This document shows positions 58,549 to 64,000 of a DNA stretch of 64,000 bases, one piece after another. The notes beneath the pieces were generated by a model that made no database searches, was not told where the DNA came from, and saw only the letters and a list, made by a program, of their open reading frames with translations. This DNA is from Zancudomyces culisetae HAW-14-8. Its lineage: Eukaryota > Fungi > Kickxellomycota. Numbering within the stretch: position 1 is the first letter of the stretch; each line of letters begins with the position of its first letter. The stretch lies in NCBI GenBank assembly GCA_052426225.1, contig JBNJNM010000009.1, positions 186,001 to 250,000 of the forward strand. The letters run 5' to 3'. A program made the position numbers and the translations under genes.

Positions 58549-58619
58549 GCGTAGATGGTTTAGTGGTATAATTGCCGCCTGCCACGCGGCAGACCCGGGT
58601 TCGATTCCCGGTCTACGCA
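58549..58619 (+). tRNA. tRNA-Gly(GCC)
   Basis: 71 nt; GCGTAGA/TCTACGC acceptor stem, CCGC-CTGCCAC-GCGG anticodon arm, GGTTCGATTCC. Confidence 0.95.
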
Positions 58620-58628
58620 TTTTTTTTT
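58620..58628 (+). terminator. Pol III T-run terminator shared by the Ser-Gly pair
   Basis: T9 immediately after tRNA-Gly; no T-run between the two tRNAs. Confidence 0.8.
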
Positions 58629-58682
58629 AATTTTGTCATATTTAATATTTTTTACTTTATATTATAGGCCTAAACCTCCTTA

Positions 58683-59099
58683 GTAGAATAACGTCTACAT
58701 ACCTTTTGCTAGCGAATCAATCACAATTTCTTAGCAAAGATAACCACCAATGAATGCATCGCGAGATCAATAATATTATAACTATATTAATCTAGTTTGA
58801 ATGTCAGAACGATTTGTGAATATAACGAGCGTGGACAACATAAAAGGACATCATTGGCCTTTCTTAACAGATATTACTTTGAATACGCGTTTTATATATA
58901 TATATTAATTACAGCTGGTACATAATACAATACAGTTTACTTAGCGCTTTATTATTATCATAACAATAATAAAAGCTATTAAAAACTTTCGAATTACGGC
59001 AATCAGAACCAGTGAAGTGATCCGCGATCTGAGTATAACAGACATAATCAGTGCTATACCAAACTCAGCCATCACACTAGCTTAAAAATATATTAGATA
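58683..59099 (+). repeat. Dispersed repeat X, copy 3, about 65 bp downstream of tRNA-Gly
   Basis: Collinear with the reverse complement of 34436-34848, including the exact block AATCAGTGCTATACCAAACTCAGCCATCACA. Confidence 0.85.
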
Positions 59100-60073
59100 T
59101 ATAATATCATTTACAATATCTACATTATATATCAACTTAAATGATTCTGAAAACATTCGTCTAATATAAATATGAATTTCGCATATTATAGAATAATATG
59201 GGACTGGACTACTAAAGAATTTTTTTTAAAATTCATTAACTTAATACTTTTCATATGTAATTTATATGTTTAAAGAGCATTGAAGGTACTACTAATTTAT
59301 TTTTGGTACTTATTATTAACAATTTAAAAGCGTTTGACCAAACATTTACGGAAATTGTAATAGTATTGTGATCTGGACCAGATTATATTATCTATACTCA
59401 GTATTAAATCTAACTAAGTATTCAATTTAGCAGATTTATATATAATTGATCAATAAGACAATTGAAGAATATGGTATTATTCTATGTGATTCTAATACCA
59501 CTACAACCAACGATTGTAGAATACCCAAGAGCTTGAAATATTACTTAATTATACAAATTTTATAAACATATATTTTTACAGATTTTTTTCGATATAAATT
59601 AAAAGTCTTCTTTGAGTAGTATTTAGAGTGAGAATATTAATACGATATATTACTATTCACAGTTATTTTACTTATTTGTTACGCTTTTCATATAATCTAC
59701 TAATTATCAACATAAATTAACTTTATATTTTAAAAGTATATAGCGTAATTTTAAGTATTTACATCTTTATTATTGTCAATTTTATAATAAATATTATTTT
59801 TTGATATTGCAAATACTTTCATCAATGTGTCACATATCCGTTACTTTTACCATTATTTATCTGGGTTGAACCTCCTTTCATAAAAATTTGTCGACAGTTA
59901 GTGTTTTATAAAAACACCCAATGTCTTTCAGAAATTAAATTAGAATTATACTACACAAAAGTGATAAACACCCATGGTGTTACATTGAAATCAAATTCTA
60001 AATGTAATGTGATCTTTATTTGTATAATATTAATTAAAGATATTAAAGTTACAAAATTATGGAAAAATCTTTA

Positions 60074-61495
<1,422 letters not shown>

Positions 61496-62816
61496 TTACT
61501 TGTGATCACAGAGGATATTTTTGGCTATTTATCACTTTTGCTCCACAATTTCCTTCTAGCTTTAAATCATAAATATAAACTATTCTCATATTTAGCCATA
61601 CTAATTATTTCATCACATATTGTTGAAACTGCACTCAAAGGTGATAATTGCGAATATTTCGCAATAATTGTGATTTTCGATTCTTTTACTTGTTGCTTTA
61701 AATTACATGTCACATTTTTCGATAATTTATAAAAGACTTTTGATAAGAAATTACTACGAGCTTAATTTATTTTTTAGGCCCCAATCATGTCACTGGTACC
61801 AATTCACAATTCAAAACCTTATTTCTGGAAAATAAATTATTATTTAGCTTCATGCTTTTCAACATGTTACCGATGCACCCTGACTAGCTCTTTAACTTTA
61901 TTTGAACTGTAACCAATTATTTGTTTAAACCAAGTTGTCAGGCAGTCGTTATATGTGATAAGGCAATATAACCTCCACAAAACAACAAACATTCATAACC
62001 TTACTTAGAATTTGGTTTAGACGTGAGTTCCATTTTATTGTTTAAGAATTGGTGAATAATACTCTAGTACACAAAAAAGATCAAACTCATAAACGACAAT
62101 CGCTTCAACCAACTTTGTGTACTCACAACTGTTTTTTTAAATCCATACATTAACAATAAACAAATTTATAGAAATCAGAGTACCATAAATAAATATGATA
62201 AAAGTGTTCGTGTCTAAAGCACACTAGGTCAAGCCTTTTCAAATATATTGTGTATACCTTTTCTCATTCGATTTTTAAACAAATTGTCATCTAGCCTTTT
62301 TTTGAATTCCCAACGTTACTTTCCAACTATTAATACACCCGTAGCGTTTCAGAAATAAACTGCTCAATGCTGTGATCAGTGATTATTAAACTATGAATTA
62401 AGCATACATATAACAAAACAATGTCCACATTCAAAAAGTCCAATTTTTAGTGTTATTTACCAAGTTTTATTTTGTATTGAAATAAAAATATCAGTAAAAA
62501 TCAATGTATTATAGATCCAACAGTATTGGGTATGCTCCCTTTTCCCTTTCTCTTACTCACACCTTTGACGTCATACCATGTTTTAATTGTTTTAATTTTT
62601 TTTTACTCTCTTCAGATCTCACAGCTTTAATTCTTCAACAAACATAAATACTTTGTCATATCCTTTGAAAGAGTTCTTGACCTACCTTAATGCACTAACG
62701 CAAAAAAATATAAATACTTTCCTCAATGCAAACATAAAAAATTCGTCAACGATTATATTACGACTAAACAACCAGTTTATTCAATTTAATACAAATTAAT
62801 AAGCAAAATCCAAAAT

Positions 62817-63407
62817 TCAAGCTGACACAATAGAGGGGTTTTCGCTCATCTTCTTGATCAGTTTATACATATGTGGGGCAGTTGAATCAGAGATAAGATC
62901 ACCCATTCCAATCTGCTCTAGCACAAAGTGCAAGAAGTAAATGGCAAAATCTGGATAACTAAGGTTATTTCCGATGTAGTGGCCACTTGGGTTTGCAGCT
63001 AGGATTGGCTCATGCTTGCTAATCAAGTACTTAACTGCAGTCACCAACTTTTCTTTGCTGGCATCGGATTTTTCTCTGAAGTTATGTACAACGAATGCTT
63101 CAAGTGAGTCGGAGATGTTATCGACATATTGCTCTGCTGTGGCTGCTTGTTTAGCATCTGATGGAAGGAATCCGAATTTGTGTGCAACGTATCTTTCAAT
63201 CACTTTGCTCTCGCACAATGTGAACTTGGACCCGTCTGTGCATGTCTCAATCAGCACTGGGAGGCGGCCATATGGCATATTTTCCTTGGTAGCTGGCCAG
63301 TCTGGAGTGGTTTGTTTCCAGTTTGCACCGCCCACGTTGAGCATAAGTCTGGTAATAGTACCTCTACCGTTGTTGATTGGAAAATACAAAAGCTCGAATG
63401 ATGACAT
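62817..63407 (-). CDS. Glutathione S-transferase (sigma/alpha-like)
   Basis: 'ELLYFP..GRG..TRLML', 'MPYGRLPVL', 'ESKVIERYVA', 'LSYPDFAIY'. Confidence 0.88.
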   Translation of the reverse strand: MSSFELLYFPINNGRGTITRLMLNVGGANWKQTTPDWPATKENMPYGRLPVLIETCTDGSKFTLCESKVIERYVAHKFGFLPSDAKQAATAEQYVDNISDSLEAFVVHNFREKSDASKEKLVTAVKYLISKHEPILAANPSGHYIGNNLSYPDFAIYFLHFVLEQIGMGDLISDSTAPHMYKLIKKMSENPSIVSA

Positions 63408-64000
63408 TTTTTCTTATTTCACTTGGTACTCTTTTGACAATACTGGATTGTGTTAAAGAAGTGATGGATCTACAGAACAAAAAGATGAAGGGCTTATCTG
63501 ACCGTATTTATATCTGTTCGGGATGCTAGAAAATGGGGTTTAGCATTAAAAATAAACAAACCTAGCAGATGCAAGTACAAATGCAAAGTAATGGCATTTT
63601 TTTACATTGCAGAACTCACTAAACAATGTATGGCAAATCCAAATATGCATACAAAGCAATTTAGCGGCATATTACTGCTTTTCATATACCGATTAGTAAG
63701 CAGCTTGTACTTCTGGCAAATGTTTGACTCCCTAAATTAGTTTATTTCCAGCGAATGGAAAATATCAACAGGTTCAATGGAGTTTTTGCCATTAATTATA
63801 CTGCTCCACTGTTAATCTTCAGCATAATGATAAATATTTAGGCATAAAAAAATGATGCCATTGGAGAGTTTACGATTTGCATAAAAGTTCTGATGCTTCA
63901 AAGAAAGCAAAACAATTTCTCGAGCCTTAATACAAAGTCTAGAAATTTCTAGAACTCATGAATTTATTTTAATGTAAATATTTCCGCCAGCCAACTATGA

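Overview
AT-rich eukaryotic DNA, most likely from an early-diverging fungus (short GT-AG introns, NoxR, Src1, Fungal_trans and MET17 genes; the exact lineage cannot be fixed from sequence alone). Positions 1-33,000 and 60,000-64,000 hold ordinary host genes: ZC3H11-like CCCH protein, TOM22, PEX14, SOF1, SRC1-like, MMSDH, two GSTs, a fungal transcription-factor-domain protein, epsin, NoxR, an unusual RNase H, YPT1, MIM2-like and MET17. The main feature is a 23.4-kb block (35021-58463) between two divergent tRNA loci, tRNA-Arg(ACG) and a tRNA-Ser/tRNA-Gly dimer. It can be parsed almost base by base into about 14 Ty3/gypsy-type insertions from about 11 LTR types. Every element with a 3-4 bp TSD that can be reconstructed landed within -11..+1 of the mature tRNA 5' end and pushed earlier insertions outward. 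The result is two polarised, chronologically ordered stacks, separated mostly by the re-duplicated tRNA-leader tetramer GTAT. Other points: one LTR family carries a roughly 118-codon ORF that looks purifying-selected and has co-varying hairpins; a TRIM-like element is primed by the neighbouring tRNA-Arg; a chromovirus appears to self-prime; and an unassigned repeat of about 420 bp lies just downstream of both tRNA loci. All alignments were made by eye.
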